From Deltaproteobacteria bacterium (GTDB taxonomy: Bacteria; Desulfobacterota; DSM-4660; Desulfatiglandales; B25-G16), in NCBI GenBank assembly GCA_020351915.1, contig CP070673.1, positions 4,986,278 to 5,029,102 on the forward strand: a stretch of DNA of 42,825 bases, in the 5' to 3' direction. Below the pieces are notes generated by a model. The model worked only from the letters and a program-made list of their open reading frames with translations. It was not told the DNA's origin and ran no database searches. Below, piece after piece: positions 10,077 to 19,881 of the stretch. The position numbers were made by a program, and so were the translations under genes. Every line of letters starts with the position of its first letter. Positions within the stretch are counted from its first letter, which is position 1.

Positions 10077-10673
10077 ATGGACCCGGCAATGAGATGCAAA
10101 GTCCCATCAATTGATCAATGCTATAGGCTGTTAAAGGGGTACCATGTTCCTGATCATATTGTTCAGCATAGCAAGACGGTTTGTAAGGTTGCAGTTTTAT
10201 TGGCAGAAGAGCTTAATAAGCAAGGGGAGAATCTGTGCATACCTGAGATTCAGGCAGCGGCATTTTTGCACGATATAACAAAGATGGAAGGTCTCAACAG
10301 AGGCCAAGACCACGCCAAAACCGGCAAAGAGCTTCTTTTGACACTTGGTTTTCAGAGGATTGGTGAAATCGTTGCGGAGCATATTAAGCTCCAAGAAGGA
10401 CGAAACTCCCCGCCTTTATCGGAAGAGGAGATCATTAATTATTCGGATAAGCGGGTGATGCATACCAAGCCGGTAACCCTTGCGGAGCGATTTGCCGATC
10501 TAAGAAAACGCTATAGAGTTAAGGGAATGGATAAGAATGCAATACAACAGATACTTGCACTTGAATATGAAATCTATGATCTTGAGAAGAGGATATTTGC
10601 CAAATTGGATTTCACTCCTCGAAAGCTGTCAGATTTGTTGGAGCGTAAATGGAGCGAGAAACACATATCATGA
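10077..10673 (+). CDS. HD-domain (HDIG-type) metal-dependent phosphohydrolase
   Basis: HIVQHS, AAFLHDITK, DHA..G, AEHI, INYSDKRV motifs. Confidence 0.88.
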   Translation: MDPAMRCKVPSIDQCYRLLKGYHVPDHIVQHSKTVCKVAVLLAEELNKQGENLCIPEIQAAAFLHDITKMEGLNRGQDHAKTGKELLLTLGFQRIGEIVAEHIKLQEGRNSPPLSEEEIINYSDKRVMHTKPVTLAERFADLRKRYRVKGMDKNAIQQILALEYEIYDLEKRIFAKLDFTPRKLSDLLERKWSEKHIS

Positions 10674-10730
10674 GAATAAAAGGTGAGTCATCTGCCTGCC
10701 ATAGAGCACATTTGCGGTGGATTTATGGCC

Positions 10731-12125
10731 CTATTCATTCTCAGCCATAGAAGAGCTTTCCATTTCATCCCCTAAACGGCCCTGGTTGTACTCTTCTCTC
10801 CAGATGCGATCAGCAAATCTGCCCCACCTGGCAGCATAAGCATCCATCCGTTCCTGGTATACAGTGTAGATCTCCTCAGCTCCTGGATGGGTAAACTTAG
10901 CATTCGTTTTCTTAACAACATCTCGCATAACATGAGGATTGTCGATAATCATACAGGGGCGCAAATGGTTAGGATTGTGAGGCTGGCAGGAACGGATATA
11001 TCGAAATAGAGGACTATTCAAGGCCTCGGCAAGGGGTTTTTCCATGATGTTATCTGTGGCGATGTGGGTATAGACACAGGGCTCCACATCCCCTTTTGCA
11101 TTCACATGAAAATACCTGCGGCCTCCAGCGATGCAGCCTTCAACATAGGGGCCATCATTCCAGAAATCCAGCACAAATATAGGACGTTTATTCCTAATGG
11201 CCAAAACCTGTCTCCTCAAATGATCCCTCTGCTCTGGTGTCACCATGAGGGAGAAGTCTGCCTGGCCGTTAACAGGAATGTAAAGGAAATACATCTGGGT
11301 CATTGAACCGAGAGATATCATGCGATCAATAAAGTGGTAAGAGGAAACCACTTGTACATTTTGGCGTGTAACCGTGGCAGAGGTGCCAATGATGACCCGG
11401 GCGTCATGGAGATATTCAAAGGCCTTCATGATTCGCCGATAAACCCCCGGTCCCCGCCACTCATCGGTCTCTCTTTCACCTCCTTCAAGGCTAATAATCA
11501 CTGCTGTATTGCCAAGCTCGGCAAAGCGCTCAGCCATTTCTCGGGTCATCAGAGTGCCATTGGTATAGACCTGGAAAAAGATTGAGGGATGCTTTTCAAG
11601 TATAGGAAAGAGATGAGGATAAACCAGGGGCTCTCCCCCAAGAATAGTGACGAAGTCTATGCCCAGTTCCTCGCATTCAGTGAGAAGACGATCCACCACT
11701 TCAAATGGAAGCTCCGGTTTCGTCCCATAACCCAATGTGTAACAGCCTTTACAGCGGAGATTACACCGAAGCGTAGGGCTTAGGATCATAATAAAAGGTG
11801 GACGGGCGCCTAACTTTGACTCCCACCTGTCCCTGAGCTTGCCTCCTTCAAACCAGGCCCCATTGAAGAGCGTCTCAAAAAGCCGGATTCTCCTTTTCGC
11901 TGGAAGATAGGTCAGAACGCGCCGGAACAGGTCTTTGGCAGGGTGCCCGGGGGTTTCAAGTAACCGCCTGACTTTTTCTATGCCGTAGAGGACTTCCGGG
12001 TCATTGCTGAGCCACTGCCCTAAATAGGTGAGACGCACGAGGTTATCGTCCGAGATCTTTGGCAACAGGCGGATGATCGCCCGTGCAGCTTGCTGGGCCG
12101 TCTGCTCTTTTAGCCTTGTCTCCAT
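10731..12125 (-). CDS. Radical SAM protein with SPASM/twitch-type C-terminal domain
   Basis: CNLRCKGC, GGEP, YTNGT, GCIAGGRRYFHVNAKGDVEPC, RPCMIIDNP; AAGGAGG SD before ATG 12125. Confidence 0.92.
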   Translation of the reverse strand: METRLKEQTAQQAARAIIRLLPKISDDNLVRLTYLGQWLSNDPEVLYGIEKVRRLLETPGHPAKDLFRRVLTYLPAKRRIRLFETLFNGAWFEGGKLRDRWESKLGARPPFIMILSPTLRCNLRCKGCYTLGYGTKPELPFEVVDRLLTECEELGIDFVTILGGEPLVYPHLFPILEKHPSIFFQVYTNGTLMTREMAERFAELGNTAVIISLEGGERETDEWRGPGVYRRIMKAFEYLHDARVIIGTSATVTRQNVQVVSSYHFIDRMISLGSMTQMYFLYIPVNGQADFSLMVTPEQRDHLRRQVLAIRNKRPIFVLDFWNDGPYVEGCIAGGRRYFHVNAKGDVEPCVYTHIATDNIMEKPLAEALNSPLFRYIRSCQPHNPNHLRPCMIIDNPHVMRDVVKKTNAKFTHPGAEEIYTVYQERMDAYAARWGRFADRIWREEYNQGRLGDEMESSSMAENE

Positions 12126-12640
12126 AGTTAGCCTCCTTTCTTTAGCGAGAGAAAGGGTCATTATGCTCTCACAACGATTTTTGAGCTATCTCTCTGGCCT
12201 TCTCTCTTTAATGTTTTCCGAACTAACCGTTTTTTTAGCTCTAGCAATCTTGTAACGCCCAATGATTCTATACAAGAGCTTTCTTTCGGTCTCGTTCCGG
12301 TTGGTGGGGTGCCCTTTCAAACAGCCTCTGATGACGTAGGTCACACGTGGCTTTCTTATGCGCTATGACACCAGGAATCTTATCCGGAGTGAATTGATCT
12401 TCTTATTCAGGAGGGTGGTGAGTGTTCTCTCACCGAGGTTTTGCTGAACGGCAAAACAAGGGAATTGGTGACTAACTTTAGTTCACGCTCCACTTCCTCA
12501 GGAGATGTAAACGCTGAAGTGTTCATAGCGGTCCCAACTATTTGAAATGCCTTATCTATTTATAATACAACCAAATTTCTTATTAGGCAAACAAAAAATT
12601 TCCGAATTCAGACATTAAGAAACTTTGAGTTAAATCTTGA

Positions 12641-12682
12641 CGGGCTGTTGCATAAGCGAAAAGGGATTTCGGCAACAGCCTT
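12641..12682. mobile_element. Minimal 42-bp MITE copy (both ends, interior absent)
   Basis: CGGGCTGTTGC...GAAAAGGGATTTCGGCAACAGCCTT matches both ends of the 23136-23331 element; flanked by TTGA at 12637-12640 and 12683-12686. Confidence 0.75.
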
Positions 12683-12829
12683 TTGAACAGTGGATCGAAC
12701 GATCCAAGATTTGGTGATTCGACTCGTCTGGAAGTATTTCCTGGCGGCACAGGACTCAATCTCTTGCCGTGGTTAAGAAACAAAAGCCAAAATAGCCAAT
12801 GTTTCATGAAACTGCTCTTTGAGAATCGA

Positions 12830-13528
12830 TCAAGGGGTCTTATCTCTGAGGCCTTCAGGATGTCCGATAGACTGAGCAACGCGTATCACCTGTGATTAAT
12901 ACAAGCCGGATAGAGATGCGCAATCACCCATGTGAGGATCATCAACGCCCTGTTCCACAAAATAACCCAGTGAAGCTTCTGTCATGTTGACACAGATTAC
13001 TAACATGAGTCCGTGCCTTGTGGCATATTCCCTGAGTTTGGCGATCCGCAACAGATGCAAAAGAGTAAGCAGGTGGTAATAAACGAGCACACAGTCAGGC
13101 ACTTTACCGGCCTTGATAGCTAATATCACCTGCCTTTTGGCCTTCATCGGAACCCATCTGAGTACCAGGTTCATCAGCCACACTGTCAACCAACGAGGCG
13201 GCATACCGAGGCGCTTTTCCATATCAATGGCATCAGTGGTAATATCAGTCTGTATCAGATCAGCGCCGAGGTACTTATATATTTCAGGATTGTAGAACTC
13301 GCCTTTGACCCTTGAGTCATTGATCTGAAACGCAACCACTGGCCATTTATCGCTTCTTTTTCTGGCCCTGACACAGAGGGCCATGGTAACCAAGCAGTCA
13401 ATGCCCCCACTTGCTCCGAGAACGAGCCCTTTGAATCCCTGGCGGCCCATTTCTGCTGCCAGGTTTTGCGCTGACCTTTCAACGAAGAGATCAACCGAAA
13501 ACTCCATCAGCTTTTTCTCTAATACCAC
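12830..13528 (-). pseudogene. NadE-like (NAD synthetase/PP-loop) pseudogene
   Basis: VLGASGGIDC (degenerate SGGxDS), N.TEASLGYF; reads SGLY*SQVIRVAQSIGHPE where NadE has LYK.QV (TAA at 12896-12898), then a second stop at 12830-12832. Confidence 0.72.
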
Positions 13529-13723
13529 GATACTGTATTCCGGTTATTGACGGGCTCGTCTTGTCCCTGTTTTTTTTCATCGGGCAATTAACCATTGCCC
13601 CTCCGTTTCCATGCAGATCCATAATGTGGAAAAAATCGGCCTATAGCGAAATTACCTTACTGTAGGCTATGGGTTTGGGTCAGTCAACTACTCTCCTATG
13701 AACCCTTTGATACATCCTTCATA

Positions 13724-13794
13724 GAAGGTTCAGAGGTTCAAAGTTCAGGGTCAGTGAAGGTTAGAAAACAACCCTGAACCTGTGAACGCCTACA
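13724..13794. repeat. Short tandem GGTTCA(G/A)-type repeats with an inverted counterpart
   Basis: AGGTTCAGAGGTTCAAAGTTCAGGG followed by AACCCTGAACCTGTGAACGCCTACA. Confidence 0.6.
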
Positions 13795-13970
13795 AAGATT
13801 TTATAGCCCCAGTTGCTGTAAGATTTGGTATAATGAAAAAACTTTTTGATCTCATTTTCACGTAAGGGTATTTGCCTTTTCTACGGATACTGTGAAATCG
13901 AGCGAAAAGGTGAGATTTTGGCTTTTTTCTACATTCACTAATTGTGTGTAAATACATATGCTAGCGACTA

Positions 13971-13999
13971 TTGACAAGATATCAGGGAGATTATAGTCT
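13971..13999 (+). promoter_or_regulatory. Putative sigma70 promoter
   Basis: TTGACA-17 nt-TAGTCT upstream of the + strand gene run starting at 14053. Confidence 0.5.
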
Positions 14000-14052
14000 T
14001 CTAAGCGGGAATAGATCTGATGATGAGGCTGAAGATTCAAAAGGAGGTGGCC

Positions 14053-14388
14053 GTGAATAAAGCCGCTACGAGTATATTGAATGCTTCTTGTAAGGAGGAG
14101 GGGGAAATGGTTTCGGAGGAAAGCTGTGAGAGTAAGACAATCCGAGAAAAAATGGCCGAAGAGGAGCTGGTCAAAGAGAAGATAGATGCTGAAGGAAACA
14201 GATGGAGAAAGGCCTATTTTGGTGGTGGTGAACATTTTGAGAACTGGTTGGCTCAATGCAGAGAGTTTGGAGAGGTTATGGTAGAAGAGGTCGACTCTGC
14301 AGGATATAAATGCTTTGAGGAAGGTGGAGAAAAACTCTACAGAATCTGGATAAAGCTGGATGAAGGAAAAGAAGACGGCCTTTTTTAG
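14053..14388 (+). CDS. Small acidic hypothetical protein
   Basis: AAGGAGGT SD before GTG 14053 (alternative ATG 14107 also has an SD); core WRKAYFGGGEHFENWLAQC...KCFEEGGEKLYRIW. Confidence 0.7.
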   Translation: MNKAATSILNASCKEEGEMVSEESCESKTIREKMAEEELVKEKIDAEGNRWRKAYFGGGEHFENWLAQCREFGEVMVEEVDSAGYKCFEEGGEKLYRIWIKLDEGKEDGLF

Positions 14389-14472
14389 ATTGAAGGCTCT
14401 CTCGGCAGTGGTCTTCAGCTTTATAATCGCCGCAGAAACTATTGAATAAAAGGAGAGCGACAAGGATCGGTA

Positions 14473-15294
14473 ATGAGGAAAGCGAGAGTTGCTTCTGTTA
14501 TATTCGCTGCGGGTTATGGAAGCAGGATAAAGGATTACTCTGGTAACAAGATACTCCTGCCTTTAGTCCCCGGATCAGATCCTTATAGAGGAGAGTATCC
14601 GATATTTTCTGAAATCATAAGAAATTTGCCAACAGGACCAAAGGCCTTGGTGGTGCACCACAGAAAGGAAGAAGTGATTAAGGCCACTTGTGATCTTGGC
14701 GTTTTTTATTGTGATCAACCTGTGCCCAATGGAACAGGGGGCGCCCTCATAGCTGCACAGGGTTTCTTAGAAGACATAGATCAGGAAAATCTCATTATTA
14801 CTATGGGCGATGTTCCCTTTGTAAAGGCATCAACCTATCGGAAGCTTCTCAGCCACCTGAGTTATCAGGATTTCGTTGTTCTGGGCTTTAAACCAAGGGA
14901 CAGAGCTCAGTATGGTGTTTTAGAGATAGAAAATGAGGCGGTCAAAAGGATTATCGAGTGGCGATATTGGAGGGAGTATCCAGGAGAGATGCAGAGCCGT
15001 TTTGAGATCTGCAACTCAGGCATATATGCAGCCAATAGAGCCATTCTCCTTGAATACCTTGAGAGGCTGAAACAAATACCTCACCAGGTAGAGAAGGAAA
15101 GAGATGGCCGGATAGTAGTTGTCGAGGAGTATTTTATTACTGATTTGGTTGAGCTGTTGAACAATGATGGGCTGGCGGTTGGTTTTGCCCTTGCCCAGCA
15201 GGAGCATGAGGTCCTGGGTATAGACACCCATGAGGATTTGATGGTAGCCCAGAGCATATTTGCCAAGAAAGACAGAGAGGTAAAAAGACTTTGA
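14473..15294 (+). CDS. Stand-alone GlmU-like sugar-phosphate nucleotidyltransferase
   Basis: IFAAGYGSRI, QPVPNGTGGA, MGDVPF, YG, IIEW, CNSGIY, EYFITDLV, GID; no hexapeptide acetyltransferase domain. Confidence 0.85.
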   Translation: MRKARVASVIFAAGYGSRIKDYSGNKILLPLVPGSDPYRGEYPIFSEIIRNLPTGPKALVVHHRKEEVIKATCDLGVFYCDQPVPNGTGGALIAAQGFLEDIDQENLIITMGDVPFVKASTYRKLLSHLSYQDFVVLGFKPRDRAQYGVLEIENEAVKRIIEWRYWREYPGEMQSRFEICNSGIYAANRAILLEYLERLKQIPHQVEKERDGRIVVVEEYFITDLVELLNNDGLAVGFALAQQEHEVLGIDTHEDLMVAQSIFAKKDREVKRL

Positions 15295-15439
15295 TTGCAG
15301 AACCAGGAAGTGATATCTATAGAGAGCAATTCACTTCTTTGCCCAGCATAGCTCATGAGATGAACAAGGGCCAATTCTGATTCAGAATAATGATGGTGGG
15401 ATTTCCATATAGCCGCTTATCATTAGAAAAGTATAAACC

Positions 15440-17266
15440 ATGAAAAAAGGTTCCACTTCCCCCCTGTTACCAGAAAATGTTTGTCGTATCCTTTTTGAAC
15501 AGGGGCTTATTTCAAAAGGGCAGAGAGAAGGGATTTTCCGGAAAAAGGATACCCTGCAGAAGAAGTTGGAGAAGCTGCGGATTATCAGGCACGCATCAGG
15601 AGGTTCCTCTTCCAGAATAACTAATCCCATAACGATTGTTGATATTATCTGCTTTTTGAGACTCAACCGAAAAGATGATCGAACACGGGAGCTCGATGAA
15701 GAAACCATCTACCAGGCCCTGGCTGAAGAGTGGGGAATAGAGTATAAGAAGGTAGATCCACTCAAGCTTGATCTCAAGTTGGTAACAACCATGATTCCCA
15801 GATCCTTTGCTATGAAACATCTCGTTCTTCCTACTAGTGTAAAAGATGGCTGGCTGACGGTAGCTACACCAAATCCCCATAATCTTGAGGTTATGGACGA
15901 TATCAGTAGGGTTACTCAACTAAAAGTAAGGCCCGTGGTTTCAAGCAAATCTGATATCATCAAGCTCATAGATGAATTCTATGGTTTCAGACGATCGATC
16001 GTTGCAGCTGATCAGCAGTTCTCGGGCCCTGGGATTGACCTCGGCAACCTGGAGCAGTATATGAGGCTCCGGAAAGCCAAGGATCTCCCCTCAGATGATC
16101 GCCACATTGTAAATGCCGTGGACCACCTCTTTAATTACGCCTTTGATCAGAGGGCCAGTGACATTCATATTGAGCCTAAGAGAAATATCACTTCGGTCAG
16201 GCTTCGGATTGATGGGATCTTACATTCCATCTACGAATTGCCAAAAAGCCTTCATGGGGCCCTTATTTCCAGAATCAAGAACCTCTCGCGCCTTGATATG
16301 ACGGAAAAGAGACGTCCCCAGGATGGGAGGATAAAGATTGACAGGGGCCAAGGACTTGAGGCGGAGATCAGGGTTTCAACAGTACCAACAGCCTTCGGTG
16401 AGAAAGCCGTTTTGCGCATACTGGATCCGGATATCCTGTTCCGGGATATCAGCCAGCTCGGCATGACATCACTGGACCAGGTGCGATACCAGCAGTTTAT
16501 TAGTCTTCCTTATGGCCTTGTCTTGGTATGTGGTCCTACTGGCAGCGGTAAATCGACCACCCTGTATTCCACCTTGAGGTATCTATCTACAAGGGAGAGA
16601 AACATCACCACTGTGGAAGATCCCATTGAGATGGTGTATGAGGATTTTAACCAGATAGCTGTGCAGCCAGCAGTGGGTATTACATTCGGAAGTATTTTGA
16701 GGAATATCCTACGGCAGGACCCTGACATAATCATGATTGGGGAGATGAGAGATCTGGAGACGGCGCAAAATGCTATTCAGGCATCTCTGACAGGGCACCT
16801 GGTGCTTTCAACCCTCCATACCAAAGATGCTCCTTTGAGCATTAACCGCTTGGTGGACCTTGGTGTTCCCCGTTTTCTTATCCATTCTAACCTCATTGGT
16901 GTTTTGGCCCAGCGACTCCTCCGCAAGATTTGCCCTTACTGCACCGAGACCTTTGAAATGAGCAGCGAAGAGCTTATGGCTATGGGAATCGAGACAGGAA
17001 AAGAGGGGATGATTGAGTTAACCAGGGGTAGGGGTTGTGTTAGATGCCGGGGGACCGGTTACTTGGGAAGGTTCGGTATTTTTGAAGTCCTACCGGTTAC
17101 AGAGACAATCAAGGATTTGATTGCCGAGGAAGGAAATGCCGATATGATCAGGCAGACTGCCTGCAAGGAAGATATGGTTACGCTCAGGGAAAATGCCATC
17201 AAAAAGATGCTCAACGGTGACACAACCTATCAGGAGGTAGTCAGGGTAACCTGGGGGCAGATCTGA
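15440..17266 (+). CDS. GspE/PilB-family secretion/pilus ATPase
   Basis: ASDIHIEP, PQDGRI, GPTGSGKST, TVEDPIE, LRQDPDIIMIGEMRD, TGHLVLSTLH, CPYC...CVRC. Confidence 0.95.
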   Translation: MKKGSTSPLLPENVCRILFEQGLISKGQREGIFRKKDTLQKKLEKLRIIRHASGGSSSRITNPITIVDIICFLRLNRKDDRTRELDEETIYQALAEEWGIEYKKVDPLKLDLKLVTTMIPRSFAMKHLVLPTSVKDGWLTVATPNPHNLEVMDDISRVTQLKVRPVVSSKSDIIKLIDEFYGFRRSIVAADQQFSGPGIDLGNLEQYMRLRKAKDLPSDDRHIVNAVDHLFNYAFDQRASDIHIEPKRNITSVRLRIDGILHSIYELPKSLHGALISRIKNLSRLDMTEKRRPQDGRIKIDRGQGLEAEIRVSTVPTAFGEKAVLRILDPDILFRDISQLGMTSLDQVRYQQFISLPYGLVLVCGPTGSGKSTTLYSTLRYLSTRERNITTVEDPIEMVYEDFNQIAVQPAVGITFGSILRNILRQDPDIIMIGEMRDLETAQNAIQASLTGHLVLSTLHTKDAPLSINRLVDLGVPRFLIHSNLIGVLAQRLLRKICPYCTETFEMSSEELMAMGIETGKEGMIELTRGRGCVRCRGTGYLGRFGIFEVLPVTETIKDLIAEEGNADMIRQTACKEDMVTLRENAIKKMLNGDTTYQEVVRVTWGQI

Positions 17267-17269
17267 TCC

Positions 17270-18964
17270 ATGCTGACTCACCTTGCTATCAATGATTTTG
17301 CAATTATAGACGCTCTGTCTGTCAGTTTTTCAGGAGGATCAAATATACTCTCTGGAGAGACTGGCGCGGGAAAGTCAATTATCATCAATGCCGTTAATCT
17401 CATCGTCGGGGGACGAGCATCCCCTGATCTTATCAGAACTGGTGCCGACAGGGCAGTAGTTGAGGCCCTGTTTCAGGTTCCTGCAGAATCTCCTCTTTCC
17501 AGACTATTGGCTGATATGGACATACCATTTAATGGAGAAGTGTTGATAAAGAGGACCATCTCTAAGGAGGGCAAGAGCAGGGTAAGGATCAATGGCTCTC
17601 TTGCCACACTCCACATGCTTTCCCAGCTAGGGCCCCATCTGATAAGTGTCTCCGGGCAAAACGAGCACCAGGTTTTACTGAGGCCTGACAACCATCTTTT
17701 TATCCTGGATGATTTTGGTGACCTAACAAAAGAGAGGCTTACATTTACTGGCCTCTACCGGGACTATTATGCTCATAAGGAGAGGTTAGAGAAACTACGG
17801 GACGATTTACAAAAAGAAGAGGAAAAACGGGAGCTTACACAATTCCAGATCCAGGAGATTGAAGAGACAAAGCTCGTTCCCGGTGAGGATATAGGGCTCG
17901 AGGAGGAGAGGCGCCGGCTTATGCATGCCGAGACCTTAATGGATATAGTGTTTAAAGGCTATCACACCCTCTATGAAAAAGATGAATCTGTCTTATCTAT
18001 CTTGAGCCTCCTCACCAAAGAAATGGGCAAGGGCGTTAGCATGGACTCTAATCTGGATCATTTTAAGAAAGAGTTGGAGTCGGTTGAGCTTCGGGTGGAG
18101 GATTTAGCCTTGGAGTTGCGGAATTTTTACGCTAAGCTCAGGGTTGACCCCAAAAGGCTAGAAGCAGTCGAGGAGAGATTGCAGCTCATCAGGCGATTGA
18201 AAAAGAAGTATGGTTCAACTATAGAAGAGATACTCTCTTTCAAGGAAGAGCTCTCTCAAAAGAGGTATCAACTGGCCCAGAAGCAGGAGGAACTCAAAAG
18301 GGGTGAGACCGAGCTTGAGGAAAAACGAGAACGGTTATTGAGAATGGCCACCAGCCTCTCTCAAAAGAGACGTGAAATAGCAGAGACACTGGAAAAGAGG
18401 GTATTAGAGGAACTCGATCAATTAGGTATGGCCGGGACCAGATTTAACATTGAGTGTGGCTCTATTTCATCAGTTGGTGGTATTCATTCGGCATACATGG
18501 TTGATTCTGCTATCAGCGCCGACGGCATCGATGTTGTGGAATTCCTGATATCACCGAATGTAGGTGAAGATTTGAGACCATTGGCCAAGATTGCCTCTGG
18601 TGGAGAACTGTCCAGGATCATGCTTGCCCTCAAGACTATATTGGCGCGATCTGGTTTGGTTGAAACCCTTGTGTTTGATGAGATTGATGCTGGCATTGCG
18701 GGAGCTACAGCTGCTATCATTGGTGAAAAACTGCGCTCCCTTGCCCAGTACCATCAGATTTTATGCATCACGCACCTACCTCAGATAGCATGCTCCGGTG
18801 AGAAACATTTTTTGGTTGAGAAGAGGGTTAGTAAAGGCAGGACCCGCACTCTCATAAGCTTGCTAAATAGGGAAGGCAGGGTCAATGAGATTGCCAGGCT
18901 TCTCGGTGGCAAAACTATATCCGGGAAGACCCTCGCCCATGCCAGGGAGATGCTCTCCTCCTAG
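17270..18964 (+). CDS. recN: DNA repair protein RecN
   Basis: SGETGAGKS, coiled coil, IASGGELSRIMLA, FDEIDAG, CITHLPQIA. Confidence 0.97.
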   Translation: MLTHLAINDFAIIDALSVSFSGGSNILSGETGAGKSIIINAVNLIVGGRASPDLIRTGADRAVVEALFQVPAESPLSRLLADMDIPFNGEVLIKRTISKEGKSRVRINGSLATLHMLSQLGPHLISVSGQNEHQVLLRPDNHLFILDDFGDLTKERLTFTGLYRDYYAHKERLEKLRDDLQKEEEKRELTQFQIQEIEETKLVPGEDIGLEEERRRLMHAETLMDIVFKGYHTLYEKDESVLSILSLLTKEMGKGVSMDSNLDHFKKELESVELRVEDLALELRNFYAKLRVDPKRLEAVEERLQLIRRLKKKYGSTIEEILSFKEELSQKRYQLAQKQEELKRGETELEEKRERLLRMATSLSQKRREIAETLEKRVLEELDQLGMAGTRFNIECGSISSVGGIHSAYMVDSAISADGIDVVEFLISPNVGEDLRPLAKIASGGELSRIMLALKTILARSGLVETLVFDEIDAGIAGATAAIIGEKLRSLAQYHQILCITHLPQIACSGEKHFLVEKRVSKGRTRTLISLLNREGRVNEIARLLGGKTISGKTLAHAREMLSS

Positions 18965-19863
18965 TCCTTCACTCTTACTATCTGCCCGGGTTGGTGGTCA
19001 GTTCCTCTCACTGGTTCAGCAAAGGAATGATGTGTCTTCAACGCAACGATTTTTATTTCCCCCACCTTCACGCCCGGTAACTCATAGGTTTGTCCGGTGC
19101 ACGAGGTAATGCATTCACCCGTGCAGAAGACCTCAAGAACAACGCCTGGCCTCAGTCCTACATCGCGGCCGGCATTGACCATGATTCCTTGCTGATCCAG
19201 AGAAACGATTCTCCCTGTCCATGCCTGCTGATTCAACGAACGGGTGGCAGACCTTGCTGCTTTCTTGAGGATTTCCGGCAAACATTCTTTAAGAGCCTTT
19301 CTCTTTTTTTCTGCATAAGGGGTTTCTTCTTTCTCCGTTCTAATCTCTTCACCTGAAAAGGTAATGTCTTTGGCAAGATCCTCACCAAGGATTACGGTTT
19401 GGGTGTTGACATCCACTATGTCTATATTCACTGATACAGTGAATCTTTGAGCTCTTCTCCTAAACGGCCATATCCCTTTTCTGACCAGATCGACTTCAAT
19501 GGGGTTTACCGTTTCAAAGATAAGAGCATTTATGTCCCTCTCCTGGGAAACTCTTAGCAATTCAGGATTAACTGGCTTACCAACCTGAAAGGAATAGGAC
19601 TGTTCCGTCTTATTGTACTGGTAAACAATAAACAATCCACTTTCTCGCAAAATGGTACTGACCTCCTCGCTCACCACATCAACTAATTCATCTGAAGTTA
19701 GTCCGGTAAGATTTATTACAGGCATCACCATAACCCGTTTCTTTGGCCAATCATTATGCGACAGTGCCCGTGAAAACATTGAGGGGCCTGTTGCGCATCT
19801 AACAAGAAGCATAAGGAGAAGCAGAAAAATCGTGCTCAGGAGGATATAGAATCTTGTCTTCAT
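18961..19863 (-). CDS. Putative lipoprotein, CsgG/FlgT-like
   Basis: Hydrophobic signal ending in Cys (LLVRC); KKRVMVMPVIN start; C-terminal GRIVS..IMVNAGRDVGLRPG.VLEVF beta domain. Confidence 0.65.
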   Translation of the reverse strand: MKTRFYILLSTIFLLLLMLLVRCATGPSMFSRALSHNDWPKKRVMVMPVINLTGLTSDELVDVVSEEVSTILRESGLFIVYQYNKTEQSYSFQVGKPVNPELLRVSQERDINALIFETVNPIEVDLVRKGIWPFRRRAQRFTVSVNIDIVDVNTQTVILGEDLAKDITFSGEEIRTEKEETPYAEKKRKALKECLPEILKKAARSATRSLNQQAWTGRIVSLDQQGIMVNAGRDVGLRPGVVLEVFCTGECITSCTGQTYELPGVKVGEIKIVALKTHHSFAEPVRGTDHQPGQIVRVKD

Positions 19864-19881
19864 CAGAGAATTCCTTTCTTG

